64,000 nt of DNA from Dehalococcoidia bacterium (GCA_965200625.1 OZ241375.1:2226699-2290698); one strand, 5' to 3'; shown: positions 39,632 through 49,547, counted from the stretch's first letter. Notes: generated by a model from the sequence alone, not told the origin. Numbers and translations: made by a program.

Positions 39632-39654
39632 GGTTCTGGACAATTCTGGACACT
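39632..39654. promoter_or_regulatory. Tandem 10-bp direct repeat (ttctggacaa / ttctggacac) in the divergent promoter region between the GNAT gene and the response regulator.
   Basis: Two adjacent copies of TTCTGGACA separated by one helical turn. Confidence 0.35.
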
Positions 39655-39694
39655 CTGAGGCTACCAACGACCAGCCCGTCAGCGCGCCGCGCGG

Positions 39695-39771
39695 TGGAAG
39701 ACTGCGTGAAAGACTGCGTGAAAGACTGCATGAAAGAGCGGCGTGAAAGAGCGGCGTGGAAGAGCGGGGCG
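39695..39771. promoter_or_regulatory. Six-unit tandem direct-repeat array (3 x GTGAAAGACTGC then 3 x GTGAAAGAGCGGC) upstream of the OmpR-family response regulator. It is a candidate binding-site array or minisatellite.
   Basis: gtggaagactgc gtgaaagactgc gtgaaagactgc atgaaagagcggc gtgaaagagcggc gtggaagagcgggg. The 12-13 bp period spans about one DNA turn. The array lies 65-140 bp upstream of ATG 39836. Confidence 0.5.
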
Positions 39772-39835
39772 GCGCGATTAGGCAACGGGCGGGCGAGGTT
39801 CTATAGTGAATCTCGGTTGGCGCGGGTCCCGTGTT

Positions 39836-40549
39836 ATGAAAATCCTCATTGCTGACGACGAGCCGCACATCCGCGAGTTGGTCCGCCTCTACCTCTCCCG
39901 CGAGGGCTACGAGCTCGAATTCGCCGCCGACGGACAAGAGGCGCTCGAGAAAGCGGTGATGCTCCGCCCCGATCTGGTCGTCCTGGACCTGATGATGCCG
40001 AAGATGGACGGCTTCGAGGTGACCAAGGGCATTCGCCAGGACTCGGACGTGCCGATCCTGATGCTGACCGTGCGCCGCGAGGACACGGTCAAGGTGGCCG
40101 GCTTCGAGCTGGGCGCGGACGACTACCTGACCAAGCCGTTCAATCCCAAAGAGCTGGTCGCCCGGGTCAAGGCGATTCTGCGCCGCGCGGACGGGATCGC
40201 GCGCTCGGCGGTCGAGGTCACGGCGGGCAGCCTCAGTCTGAACCGCCAGACGCGCGACGCCTCGCTGGGCGGCAAGCCGCTCAAGCTGCGCACGAAGGAG
40301 TTCGACCTGCTCTTCGCCCTGGCGCAGAATCTGCAGACAGTGATGTCGCGGGAACAGCTGCTCTCGCTGGTCTGGGGTTACACCTTCAGCGGCGAGACGC
40401 GCACGGTCGATGTGCACATCAACCATCTCCGCCAACGGCTGCGAGGCAGCGACTTGCAGATCGAGACGCTGCGCGGGGTCGGGTACAAGATGACGATGCG
40501 CGACAATCCCGCGGGGCTCCAGCTGGCCGCCAACGGCGACGCAAACTAG
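39836..40549 (+). CDS. OmpR/PhoB-family response regulator (REC plus winged-helix).
   Basis: MKILIADDEPHIRELV...DLVVLDLMMPKMDGFEV...KPFNPKELVARVKAILRR and C-terminal ...TKEFDLL...TRTVDVHI. The ORF-track start at 39806 is an upstream GTG. Confidence 0.9.
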   Translation: MKILIADDEPHIRELVRLYLSREGYELEFAADGQEALEKAVMLRPDLVVLDLMMPKMDGFEVTKGIRQDSDVPILMLTVRREDTVKVAGFELGADDYLTKPFNPKELVARVKAILRRADGIARSAVEVTAGSLSLNRQTRDASLGGKPLKLRTKEFDLLFALAQNLQTVMSREQLLSLVWGYTFSGETRTVDVHINHLRQRLRGSDLQIETLRGVGYKMTMRDNPAGLQLAANGDAN

Positions 40550-40580
40550 CCGCGCCCCCGCCGCCCGCGACAGCCCGGTC

Positions 40581-42140
40581 ATGCTCGCCGCCGCCAAGGC
40601 CAAGCCGAGTTGGGTCTCGGCGCCGCGTTCCGCGCTCGTGCAGTTTCAGACGATCCGCTCGCGGATTTACGTGACGCTGGTCGCGATCGTCGCGCTGACG
40701 CTGGTGGTCGTCGGGCTGAGCAGTTTTCTGCTGCTGGGCGGATATCAGGATCGCGTGGATCAGTCGCGGCTCCATGAACTGGCCACGGCGTGGGAACCCG
40801 ACGTGTTCGCTGGGGAAGGCGAGGTGAGTAGCTACAGCTACGGAGCGCTCGTGCAGGAGTGGCTGGGAAGTCCCGGCGTCAGAGGTTCCCTGGTCAACAC
40901 GCTTGACGTGTCAGTGCTGGGGCTCACGGAGGCGGGCGCGGTGGCGCGCACGATGGACACGGAAAACCGATTTGAGAACGAGTTCCTGCCGATCAGCTTC
41001 GAGAATCTGGCGGCGGGCGAAGTCGTCCCGGGGCGGCTGACCAGCGCCGACGGCAGGCGGTTGGCCTATATCGTCACTCGACTGCCGACCGAGGATGCGC
41101 AGCGTCTGGGATTCTGCTGCGTCGGCGTGGTGCTGGTTGGCGATTCGCGCCTGGCGGTCGTCGAAGATCTGGCCCCGCTGCTGCTGCTCGCCGGGTTGAT
41201 TGCGCTGGTCGTCGCCTCACTCGTCGGATTCCTGGTCTCGCGTTCGATTTACCGGCCGATTCAGCGGGTCGCCGCCGCCTCGCGCAGCGTGGCGCGGGGG
41301 CAGCTGCAGCAGCGCGTTGATGTGGGCGGATCGCAGGAGGCGCAGGAGCTGGCCCGCTCGTTCAACCAGATGACCGAAGAAGTGGAGCGCCAACAGACCG
41401 CCCTGCGCGATTTTCTCGCCAACGTCTCGCACGACCTGCAGACGCCGCTGACGTCGATCAACGGATTCTCGCAAGCGTTGATGGAAGACGTGGTCCGGGG
41501 CGACGAGCAGCGCAATGCGTATCGGATCATCGAGGACGAGTCGCGGCGCTTGCTCCGCCTGGTGGAGGGGTTACTCGATCTCTCGCGGATTGAAGCGGGT
41601 CAGGTGCAGGTGGAATCGAGTCCGGTGGAAGTGAGGACGCTGCTCGCGCACGTCGGCGAGCTGTTTGCGCTCCGCGCGCAGGAGCTGGACGTCAGGCTCA
41701 CGGTCCTGCCGAGCGACGTTGACGATGTCCTGGGCGACTGGGATCGCCTGGAACAGGTGCTGGGCAACCTGATCGACAATGCGCTGCGGCACACACCGCC
41801 CGGCGGCGACGTACAGTTGAGTGCACGCCGGAAGAGCCGCAGCAGCGTGTCGATCGCGGTCGCCGACACGGGCGTCGGGATTCCGGAGGAAGCGATTCCC
41901 CATCTCTTCGACCGCTATTACAAATCGGATCGGCCGGGCGCTCAGGGGGGCACGGGGCTCGGGCTGGCGATTGCCCGCGAGTTGGTGCGGGCGCAGGGGG
42001 GCGAGATTCGCGTGTCGAGCGAGCAGGGCGAGGGCACCACGTTCCACATTGTCCTGCACAGCGCCCGCCGGGCAGAGGCGGCGGCGGCGGTGGAGACTGC
42101 GCTGGCGGCGGAAGAGATCCCGAGCCGGGAGCACGGCTAA
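40581..42140 (+). CDS. Sensor histidine kinase (TM-HAMP-HisKA-HATPase_c).
   Basis: HisKA box VSHDLQTPLTSI, N-box NLIDNALRHT and G-boxes DTGVGIP / GGTGLGLAI. Confidence 0.85.
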   Translation: MLAAAKAKPSWVSAPRSALVQFQTIRSRIYVTLVAIVALTLVVVGLSSFLLLGGYQDRVDQSRLHELATAWEPDVFAGEGEVSSYSYGALVQEWLGSPGVRGSLVNTLDVSVLGLTEAGAVARTMDTENRFENEFLPISFENLAAGEVVPGRLTSADGRRLAYIVTRLPTEDAQRLGFCCVGVVLVGDSRLAVVEDLAPLLLLAGLIALVVASLVGFLVSRSIYRPIQRVAAASRSVARGQLQQRVDVGGSQEAQELARSFNQMTEEVERQQTALRDFLANVSHDLQTPLTSINGFSQALMEDVVRGDEQRNAYRIIEDESRRLLRLVEGLLDLSRIEAGQVQVESSPVEVRTLLAHVGELFALRAQELDVRLTVLPSDVDDVLGDWDRLEQVLGNLIDNALRHTPPGGDVQLSARRKSRSSVSIAVADTGVGIPEEAIPHLFDRYYKSDRPGAQGGTGLGLAIARELVRAQGGEIRVSSEQGEGTTFHIVLHSARRAEAAAAVETALAAEEIPSREHG

Positions 42141-42147
42141 GGTGAGC

Positions 42148-42963
42148 TGCCGCGCAGTTTGGCCGGGCTTGTTCTGCCTGCTCGCCGGCTGCGCGGCGGC
42201 GTTCGGCCTGCTGACCGCCTGCCAGGATGACGGCGCCGCGCCGCGTCCGGCGCAGGCCGGCCCGCCGATCGAGCAGCCGGCGGACGAGCCGGACGCCCCG
42301 CCGAGCGAGGCGGAAGCGGCGGAAGCGGCGGAAGCGACAGAAGCGCCGGTGCGGACACTGGAGATTAACTGCGCCGATGTGGGCGCTCATCTGCAGGACA
42401 CGGAGCATCGATTCCCGCTGTCCCAGCAGCTTGCGAGCGCGGGCGACGCGTTCCTCGAGGCGCTGCCCGGACGCGCCTATCCGCCGAGCGACTATCCGCC
42501 AAGCGGCCTGCTCTGTTCCAACAGCGCGGACAGCCTGACGGGAGAGACGTTCTGGCTGGAGGTGTTCACGGAGAACACGTCCCCGGACGAGCCGCCCCAA
42601 TTGGCCGCGGAGGCGGTGGCTTATCTGGCCGAGGAGCCGTCGCGGGCGGGCTTTATCCTGCCCTCCGGGCAAAACCTCTTTCGCGCTTCCTCCCGCTCCT
42701 TGGGAGACCACTCCGTCTTGATCGAGCTGTACCACGGCCATAGCGGCATCTGTCTGTTGACGCAGCTGGCCGTGTTCGCGCAGGGGTACGATCTCCTCTT
42801 TCTGCGCAACGCGATTGAAGTCACCCGCGAGTCCTCCGCCGCGGCGGCGCCGGCGGCGGTCAGCTTCGAGTCGAAGTGCGATGCGAGCAAGGCGGCGCGG
42901 CAGCTGACCGATCTGGACGCGGTCGCGCGGCTGATCGCGGAACGGCTCGCCGCCGCTCCCTAG
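42148..42963 (+). CDS. Lipoprotein of unknown function immediately downstream of the two-component system.
   Basis: GTG at 42148 gives VSCRAVWPGLFCLLAGCAAA, a signal peptide with a lipobox. It contains an (EAAEA) coding tandem repeat at ~42309-42335. Confidence 0.55.
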   Translation, partial: CRAVWPGLFCLLAGCAAAFGLLTACQDDGAAPRPAQAGPPIEQPADEPDAPPSEAEAAEAAEATEAPVRTLEINCADVGAHLQDTEHRFPLSQQLASAGDAFLEALPGRAYPPSDYPPSGLLCSNSADSLTGETFWLEVFTENTSPDEPPQLAAEAVAYLAEEPSRAGFILPSGQNLFRASSRSLGDHSVLIELYHGHSGICLLTQLAVFAQGYDLLFLRNAIEVTRESSAAAAPAAVSFESKCDASKAARQLTDLDAVARLIAERLAAAP

Positions 42964-43076
42964 CGCGGCGGCGGTCTGCCTGTGCACAGCGCGGGCGGGA
43001 GCGTTAGGCTATATTGCCAAATTCAGTAGGCTAAATTCCGACCCGGAAGAACACCGGGAGAAAGGCAACGGTAGCG

Positions 43077-44069
43077 GTGCGTCGGGTGCGGAGCGTGAAC
43101 CGTCGGCAGGCGATCGGCGCCCTCTGTTGGGTGGCGCTGGCGATCGGTTTGGGCGCGGCGCTGCTGCGCCAGACGATCTCGCTGGAGCCGACCGTCTTCG
43201 CCCCGCTCTGCGGGGTCGCGGTGGTCGCGATCTTCGTCCTCGCGCGGCGCTGGGCGGACTGGGGCATCCTGGTCGCGTACATTGTGGCGATGGGCTTCTT
43301 CATCCAGCTGCGCGACGCGGCCGACGAGACCGGGCTGCGCGTGCTGACCGCCTACGTGATCGACTGGGAGCTGTGGATGTTCGCGGGCGTGACACCGTCG
43401 GCCTGGCTGCAGGCGCGGATCGGCGGCGCGAGTTCGGACCCGGGCCTCGCCGCCGCGTTCGCCGCCGTGATTCACTGGACCTGGTTCGTGTTCCCCCACG
43501 CCGCGGTGATCGGCGCTTGGTTGTTCGCGCGGCGGATGGCCTGGCGGGTGACGATCATCGTCGCGCTGACCTTCTACCTCGGCCTGACGCTCTACTACAC
43601 GGTGCCGACCGCGCCGCCCTGGATGGCGGCCGAGCAGGGGCTGATCAGCGGCGTCGTGCGCGGGATGCACGCGATCGGGCCGGCGCTGCTGGGACAGGGT
43701 TTCTACGACTGGGCGTTCGATGCGATGGCGGAACCGAATCCGATCGCGGCGATGCCCTCGCTGCACTTCGCCGCGTCGTTCGTCGTGGTCGGCGTCGGCA
43801 TCCTGCTGCGTTCGCGCTGGGTCGTGGCGATCGCGCTGCTCTACTCGGCCGCGCTGGCCTTCTCCCTCGTCTACCTGGGCGAGCATTACATCGCCGACAT
43901 TCTCGCCGGCGCGGCGGTGGCACTGATCGCGTTTTCGGCGGTCGAGAGCGGGCGCTACCTGCGCTACCAGATCGTGCTGCGTCACGGGCAGATCACCCGC
44001 AGCGCGCAGCGGGCAGCGCAATGGCTGCGCGAGGCGCTGCGCCTGCCTCCGTCTCGAATTGAAGCGTAG
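43077..44069 (+). CDS. PAP2-superfamily integral membrane phosphatase/phosphotransferase-like protein.
   Basis: PSLHFAASF and YLGEHYIADILAG correspond to PAP2 motifs C2/C3, with multiple TM helices. GTG start. Confidence 0.65.
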   Translation: MRRVRSVNRRQAIGALCWVALAIGLGAALLRQTISLEPTVFAPLCGVAVVAIFVLARRWADWGILVAYIVAMGFFIQLRDAADETGLRVLTAYVIDWELWMFAGVTPSAWLQARIGGASSDPGLAAAFAAVIHWTWFVFPHAAVIGAWLFARRMAWRVTIIVALTFYLGLTLYYTVPTAPPWMAAEQGLISGVVRGMHAIGPALLGQGFYDWAFDAMAEPNPIAAMPSLHFAASFVVVGVGILLRSRWVVAIALLYSAALAFSLVYLGEHYIADILAGAAVALIAFSAVESGRYLRYQIVLRHGQITRSAQRAAQWLREALRLPPSRIEA

Positions 44070-44098
44070 CCCCCGCGCGGGCCGGGGCGGCAGCGGCG

Positions 44099-45178
44099 AT
44101 GCGGGTGCGGCTTCGCGCGTGGGCGGGCAGTCCAGCGGCTCGGCTGGCGTTGGGGCTGGGCGGCAGCAGCGCGTTTCTGGTCCTGTTCCTGCGCAACGCC
44201 GACTTCGATCAGGTCGGCCGCGCGTTCACCGAGGTCTCGGCCTGGTGGATCGGTCCCGCGCTGGTGGTTTATTTCGCCGGGATCGCGGCCCGCGCCTGGC
44301 GCTGGCATTGGCTCCTGCTGCATCTCCAACCGATCGCCTGGTGGCGGCTGTTTCCGATTGTGGCGATCGGCTTCGGCGTCAATAACGTCCTGCCGCTGCG
44401 GGCCGGCGAGCTGGTGCGCGCCCACGTGCTGTATGAACGGCACGGCGTCTCCCGCCTGTCAGGGCTGTCCAGCATCTTCATGACCCGCGTGTACGACGGG
44501 TTGATGCTGACCGCGTTTCTCGTGATCGGCGTGATTGCCAGCCTGCTCGGCGTGCAGGGGATGCGCGACGCCGGCGCCGAGCTGACGGCGGCGATGGCCT
44601 TTCTCGTCTTCGGGATCACGGGCGCGTTTCTGGTCTTCGGCGCGATCGCGCGGCGGCCCGCCGAGGCGGAGCGGCTCATCGGCCGCCTGCTCAGCCGGCT
44701 GCCGGGTCAGGCGGAGCGGGAGTGGACCTGGCTGCCGCCGCTGATTGCGGGGATGTCGGCGCAGGCTAATCGGCGGCAGGTGATCGGCGCGCTGAGCGCC
44801 AGCCTGCTCGCCTGGGGGCTGGAGGCGCTGATGTACTGGATGGTCGGCCAGGCGTTCAATCTGGGGCTGCCGTTTCCGGTCTATCTGCTCGTCTCGGCGG
44901 CGGCCAACCTGTTGATCACCGCGCCGTCGACCGCCGGCGGCGTCGGCCCGTTCGAGTGGGCGACCAAGGCGACGCTGCTGATTTGGCTGCCGGAGTTGGG
45001 CGCGTTGAGCGTCGCGGGCGCGGAGGCGGCAGCCGTCGCCTACGCGGCGATCCTGCACGCGCTGGTGCTCGTGCCGATTGCCCTGACCGGCCTGATCTTC
45101 CTCTGGCTCTTCCAGGTCGCGCCCGCTCGGCGCGGGCGGCCGGTCGCGCCGGAGGATGACGCAGCAGGCGGGTCGTAG
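44099..45178 (+). CDS. Flippase-like / lysylphosphatidylglycerol-synthase TM-region family membrane protein (UPF0104).
   Basis: NNVLPLRAGELVRAHVL is the conserved motif of the LPG_synthase_TM / flippase-like family. ~8 TM. Confidence 0.7.
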   Translation: MRVRLRAWAGSPAARLALGLGGSSAFLVLFLRNADFDQVGRAFTEVSAWWIGPALVVYFAGIAARAWRWHWLLLHLQPIAWWRLFPIVAIGFGVNNVLPLRAGELVRAHVLYERHGVSRLSGLSSIFMTRVYDGLMLTAFLVIGVIASLLGVQGMRDAGAELTAAMAFLVFGITGAFLVFGAIARRPAEAERLIGRLLSRLPGQAEREWTWLPPLIAGMSAQANRRQVIGALSASLLAWGLEALMYWMVGQAFNLGLPFPVYLLVSAAANLLITAPSTAGGVGPFEWATKATLLIWLPELGALSVAGAEAAAVAYAAILHALVLVPIALTGLIFLWLFQVAPARRGRPVAPEDDAAGGS

Positions 45179-45219
45179 CCTGAGGGCGCGGTGCTGCTGA
45201 TACGTGAAGGGACGCGGCG

Positions 45220-46437
45220 ATGACAACCCTAGAGACGACTCTGGACGGACCGTTGGACGGCATTCGCGTCGTTGACCTCTCGGCGCTGGCGCCGGGGCCG
45301 TATTGCTCGATGCTGCTGGCCGATATGGGCGCGGAGGTGATCCTCGTCGAGCAGGCCGGCCGCCCGCGCGGCCGCCGCAACCTCGCCCGCGATCCGAATG
45401 AGGAGCGGCGGCGCTATTCGTCCTATGCGCTGGGCCGGGGCAAGCGTTCGATCGGCCTCAACCTCAAGGCAGACGAGGCGCGCGAGATTTTCTATCAGCT
45501 GGCCGCCGGCGCGGATGTCGTGCTCGAAGGCTTCCGCCCGGGCGTGGTCAAGCGGCTGGGCGTCGATTGGGAGACGCTCTCGGCGCGGAACCCGAGGCTG
45601 GTCTACTGTTCGCTCTCGGGCTTCGGTCAGAGCGGCCCCTACGCGATGGATGTGGGACACGACATCAACTACATCGCCACGAGCGGCGCGCTGGGCATGA
45701 TCGGCGACTACGCGGCGGGCGGGCGGCCGGCGATCCCGGCCAACATCATCGCCGACTTCGCCGGCGGCGGGCTGATGGCGGCGTTCGCGATCGTCTGCGC
45801 CTTGCAGGCGCGGGAGCGGACTGGGCAGGGGCAGTACATCGATCTGGGCATGTCGGACGGGTCGATGTCGCTGATTACCTCCGCGCTGGCCGGATATGAG
45901 GGCGCAGGCGCGGATATGCGGCCGGCGCGGCACGTGCTCAACGGCGGCGAGCCGCACTATCAGGCCTACGAGACCGCCGACGGCCGCTGGTTCTCGGTCG
46001 GCTCGATGGAGCCGTACTTCTACGCCAACCTCTGCCGGGCGCTGGGGCTGGAGCAGTTCAGCGACGATCAGGGCACGTCCGATCCGGAGCGGCGGGAGGA
46101 AATGCGCACGGCGTTTGCGGCCGCCTTCCGGACGCGCCCGGCGGACGAGTGGCATCAGCTGCTCAACGAGGTGGATGTCTGCGCCAAGCCGGTCTTGACG
46201 CTGGAGGAGGCGCTGCAGGACGAGCACAACATCGCGCGCGGGATGGTGGTCGAGGTGCCGACGCCAGAGGGCGGCACGATGCGCCAGGCCGGCGTTGCGC
46301 CGAAGCTGTCGGCGACGCCCGGCCGCGTCCGCGCCGGCGCGCCGACGCGCGGTCAGGACACGGAAGCGCTGCTCGCCGATCTGGGTCTGGACGCCGCCGC
46401 GGTGGCGGCGCTGCGCGAGCGGGAGATCGTCGCCTGA
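45220..46437 (+). CDS. CaiB/BaiF family III CoA-transferase.
   Basis: PLDGIRVVDLSALAPGPYCSMLLADMGAEVI at the N-terminus and GxxGL... downstream are typical of CoA-transferase family III. Confidence 0.85.
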   Translation: MTTLETTLDGPLDGIRVVDLSALAPGPYCSMLLADMGAEVILVEQAGRPRGRRNLARDPNEERRRYSSYALGRGKRSIGLNLKADEAREIFYQLAAGADVVLEGFRPGVVKRLGVDWETLSARNPRLVYCSLSGFGQSGPYAMDVGHDINYIATSGALGMIGDYAAGGRPAIPANIIADFAGGGLMAAFAIVCALQARERTGQGQYIDLGMSDGSMSLITSALAGYEGAGADMRPARHVLNGGEPHYQAYETADGRWFSVGSMEPYFYANLCRALGLEQFSDDQGTSDPERREEMRTAFAAAFRTRPADEWHQLLNEVDVCAKPVLTLEEALQDEHNIARGMVVEVPTPEGGTMRQAGVAPKLSATPGRVRAGAPTRGQDTEALLADLGLDAAAVAALREREIVA

Positions 46438-46634
46438 GCTAGGGCGCAAACCATCCTGCCTGCGCGGGCAGGAGGCTCGCCGCGGGCAAAGCTCCCCCTT
46501 TGGGGGAGCTGTCACGAAGTGACTGAGGGGGGCTTCCCCATGCTTCCCTCAGCGGGGAGAGGCGATCCCGAAGGGACTGAAGGGGGTGTGCGCACATCAC
46601 ACCGCTGTCCTCCAAGCAGGATCCGGGGATTGCG
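46438..46634. repeat. Cluster of GC-rich palindromic hairpin units (REP-like composite element; two copies of the module seen at 14769..14907) at a convergent gene junction.
   Basis: cctgcctgcgcgggcaggagg, gctccccctttgggggagc, gtcacgaagtgac, ccctcagcggggag and gatcccgaagggactgaaggggg. Located between the stop of the CoA-transferase (+) and the stop of the MFS gene (-). Confidence 0.6.
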
Positions 46635-47906
46635 TCAGGCCTCGGTGTGGGCGCGGCTCCAGCCGGCCCAGCCGAGTCCGCCGCCGATGACCAGCAGGGC
46701 GAAGGCGAGGCTGAAGCCGGCGCGGAAGTCGAAGGCGTCGACCAGCAGTGAGGTCGAGCCGATCACGATCGTGATCAGCACCGCCGTGCAGAGGGAGAAG
46801 ACGGAGAGCACGGTCGCGCGCTGATCGGAGGAGATGCGGCGGTTGATGTAGCCGCCGGCAAGCGGGTGCACGGCGGCGGTCGCAGCGGCGAGCAGCGCGA
46901 GCGCCGCGACCAGGGCGAGATGGTCGACAAGCAGCAGGGGCAGGAAGACGGCGGCGCCGAGGATCAGCACGGCCGGCAGGCTGCGGCGCTCGCCCAGCCG
47001 CGCCGCGAGCGGGGCCGCGACGATCGAGCCAATCATGACCCCGATGAACGAAGGCAGGATCAGACTGGAGTAGATCAGCCCCAGATCCAGCGCCTCGGCC
47101 GGATCGACGCCGTGCGAGTGGATGAAGGGTTGGATGAAGAAGTCGGGCAGATCGAGCGTGGCAAGCAGGAGGCCGCCGAGGAGGATCGTCCAGAGCACGG
47201 GGCGCGTGCGCAGCACAATCCGCGCGCCCGCGCGCATCTCGTCGAGAACGGCGCGGCTGGAGCGGCTGGAGCGGGTCACCGCCTCCTGCGTGCCGTCGAA
47301 ATCGGACTCGCGGCGCGGCGGTTCGCGCAGGCTGAGGGCGATCAGGCCCGAGACGCCCATCCCGACGGCGCTGAGCATGATCACGCTGCGGAAGTCGAGG
47401 AGGGCGACGAGCGGGCCGCTCAGGATCGTGGCGGCCAGCAGCGACGCCGTCGCAACCGCCTGCGCGCGTCCCGCGTGGCGCTCATATTCGTCCGTGCGCT
47501 TGAGCGCTCGCAGGCTGTCGTAGAGCAGGGCGTCGTCGGCGCCGGACATCAGCGTGCGCGCGATCGACATGCCCAGGTGGCCGATGATCAGGGCGGGAAA
47601 GTTGAGCGCGGCGAAGAGCGCGGTGGCGGCGGCGAAGCCCAGCGCGCCGACGCCCATCGAGACGCGGCGGCCAAAGCGGTCGGCGATCGCGCCGGTCGGG
47701 ACTTCGGCGAGGATTGTGACGAGCCCGAAGAGGACTTCCATCAGCCCGATCTGGGCGTAGGAGAGTCCGTGCTGCGCTTGCAGGAAGAGAAACCAGATCG
47801 GCAGCCAGAAGTGGAATCCGCGCAGGAATTGATAGGCGTAATAGCGGGGGATGTTGCCCGCGACGGGGTTGCGCGCCGCCGCGCCGTCGGCCGGGCCGCC
47901 GCTCAT
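46635..47906 (-). CDS. MFS transporter, tandem paralog 1.
   Basis: NIPRYYAYQFLRGFHFWLPIWFLFLQ...LAEVPTGAIADRFGRR and 12 predicted TM segments. Confidence 0.8.
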   Translation of the reverse strand: MSGGPADGAAARNPVAGNIPRYYAYQFLRGFHFWLPIWFLFLQAQHGLSYAQIGLMEVLFGLVTILAEVPTGAIADRFGRRVSMGVGALGFAAATALFAALNFPALIIGHLGMSIARTLMSGADDALLYDSLRALKRTDEYERHAGRAQAVATASLLAATILSGPLVALLDFRSVIMLSAVGMGVSGLIALSLREPPRRESDFDGTQEAVTRSSRSSRAVLDEMRAGARIVLRTRPVLWTILLGGLLLATLDLPDFFIQPFIHSHGVDPAEALDLGLIYSSLILPSFIGVMIGSIVAAPLAARLGERRSLPAVLILGAAVFLPLLLVDHLALVAALALLAAATAAVHPLAGGYINRRISSDQRATVLSVFSLCTAVLITIVIGSTSLLVDAFDFRAGFSLAFALLVIGGGLGWAGWSRAHTEA

Positions 47907-49417
47907 TCGGATTCGGGCGGGCCAGATGGAGTGTAGGCAGGCGGCGGCGCGGGCGCGCCGTTGGTGGCGACGCCGTTGCCAGCGACGCCGTTGCCGAGCC
48001 CGTTGCGGGCTCCGTTGGCAGCGCCATTAGCCGCGCCGTTGATGGAGACGCCGTGCCCGTGTCCGTTGTGGGTGTGGGCGCTCGGGAGCGGTTGCGCGTG
48101 AGCCTGGGGCGCGGAGCGGATGCTGATCCGGCGCAGGGCCTCGACCTGGTCGCGCTGATGACTGCGCCGCCAGAGGTAGAAGCAGTAGACGCCGAAGGTC
48201 AAGATGACGCCGGCGGACAGACCGTAGGCGAACCGGAAGTCAATCTGGTCAGCCGAGGCGGAGATCAGGGGTACCAGGACCGCCATCTGCGCGGCCAGCA
48301 TCAGCTCGTAGATCGAGAGGACCGTGGCGCGCTGGTCGGAGGGGATGCGGCGGTTGATGTAGCCGGTCGCGATCGGGCGGATCATCGCGTGGAGTCCGCC
48401 GAGGATGGCGATCGGCGCGATGATCGCGAGGTGGTCGGTCAGCATCAGCGGGAGAAAAAAGAGGGAGCCGCCGAACATCAGCAGGGGGATCGCGCGGCGT
48501 TCGCCGACGCGGCCGACGAAGCGCGCGGCGAGCAGCGCGCCGATCGACATCGCCGCGAAGCCGGGCACGATCAGCGCGCTCCAGGCGATCCCGTCAAGCA
48601 GGCCGCCTTCGGGGTCGAGGCCGTGCTCGCGCAGCATTGGCTGGAGGAAGAAGCCAGGCATTTCAAAGGCGACGGTGACGAGTCCGGCCAGAACGATCAT
48701 CCAGAGCACCGGGCGGCGCTGGAGGACCATGCGGAAGCCTTCGAGCACGAAATTGACGAGGCCCTGAGGCGAGCGGTCGCTGGTCGCGTCGGCGGCGGTG
48801 ATCGGTTCGGCGTAGAGGCCGTCGGCGGCAAACTCGGCCTCGGTGCGGGGAGGCTCGCGCAAGAGCAGGGCGATCGTGCCGGCCAGCGCCATCGGGATCG
48901 TGCCGATCAGGATTGTCGTCTGCATTCCCCAGAGGCCGGCGATCGGGCCGCCGAGCAGCGCTGAGCCGAGCAGGGCGCCGGTCATCAGCGCCTCGGAACG
49001 GCCGATGTGTTTCTCGTACTCGCCCGTCCGCCGCAGTGAGCGGAGCGAATCGAAGAGCAAGGCGTGTCCGGCGCCGGAGTAGAGCGTCATCGAGAGCGCC
49101 ATCACGAGGTAGGCGACCGCCAGCCCCGTAAAGCTGTCGAGGAGGGCGAAGCAGACCGAGCCGATCGTGAAGAGGAACCCGCCCAACGCCAGTGAGGTGC
49201 GGCGTCCCCAGCGGTCGGCGACGGCGCCGGTCGGCACCTCGGCCAGCATCATCGTGACCCAGAAGACCGCCTCCATCAGGCCGACCTGGGTCAGCGAGAG
49301 GCCGCGTTCGTCCTGCAGAAAAATGATCCAGATGGGCACCCAGATCAGGAATCCAGTGGCGAACTGGAACAGGTAGTAGATCGGGATGTTGCGTGCGTAG
49401 CGCGGCGCAGCGGTCAT
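47903..49417 (-). CDS. MFS transporter, tandem paralog 2, with a C-terminal Asn/Gly-rich (NGxA)n tail.
   Basis: NIPIYYLFQFATGFLIWVPIWIIFLQ...LAEVPTGAVADRWGRR. The tail NGHGHGVSINGAANGAANGARNGLGNGVAGNGVATNG is encoded by imperfect 12-bp repeats at ~47937-48060. ATG 49417 is preferred over the ORF-track start at 49510. Confidence 0.8.
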   Translation of the reverse strand: MTAAPRYARNIPIYYLFQFATGFLIWVPIWIIFLQDERGLSLTQVGLMEAVFWVTMMLAEVPTGAVADRWGRRTSLALGGFLFTIGSVCFALLDSFTGLAVAYLVMALSMTLYSGAGHALLFDSLRSLRRTGEYEKHIGRSEALMTGALLGSALLGGPIAGLWGMQTTILIGTIPMALAGTIALLLREPPRTEAEFAADGLYAEPITAADATSDRSPQGLVNFVLEGFRMVLQRRPVLWMIVLAGLVTVAFEMPGFFLQPMLREHGLDPEGGLLDGIAWSALIVPGFAAMSIGALLAARFVGRVGERRAIPLLMFGGSLFFLPLMLTDHLAIIAPIAILGGLHAMIRPIATGYINRRIPSDQRATVLSIYELMLAAQMAVLVPLISASADQIDFRFAYGLSAGVILTFGVYCFYLWRRSHQRDQVEALRRISIRSAPQAHAQPLPSAHTHNGHGHGVSINGAANGAANGARNGLGNGVAGNGVATNGAPAPPPAYTPSGPPESE

Positions 49418-49547
49418 GGCGGAACGGATCGGTTGGAGTCGGGGGCGCAATGGTGGACGCTGTTGTGGGCGCTGACGCCGACAATGCCCTAGATCGTATT
49501 GACTTGGCAAGCGTCAGCGCAGCCGTGGAGCCGCGCGCTGCGCGGGC

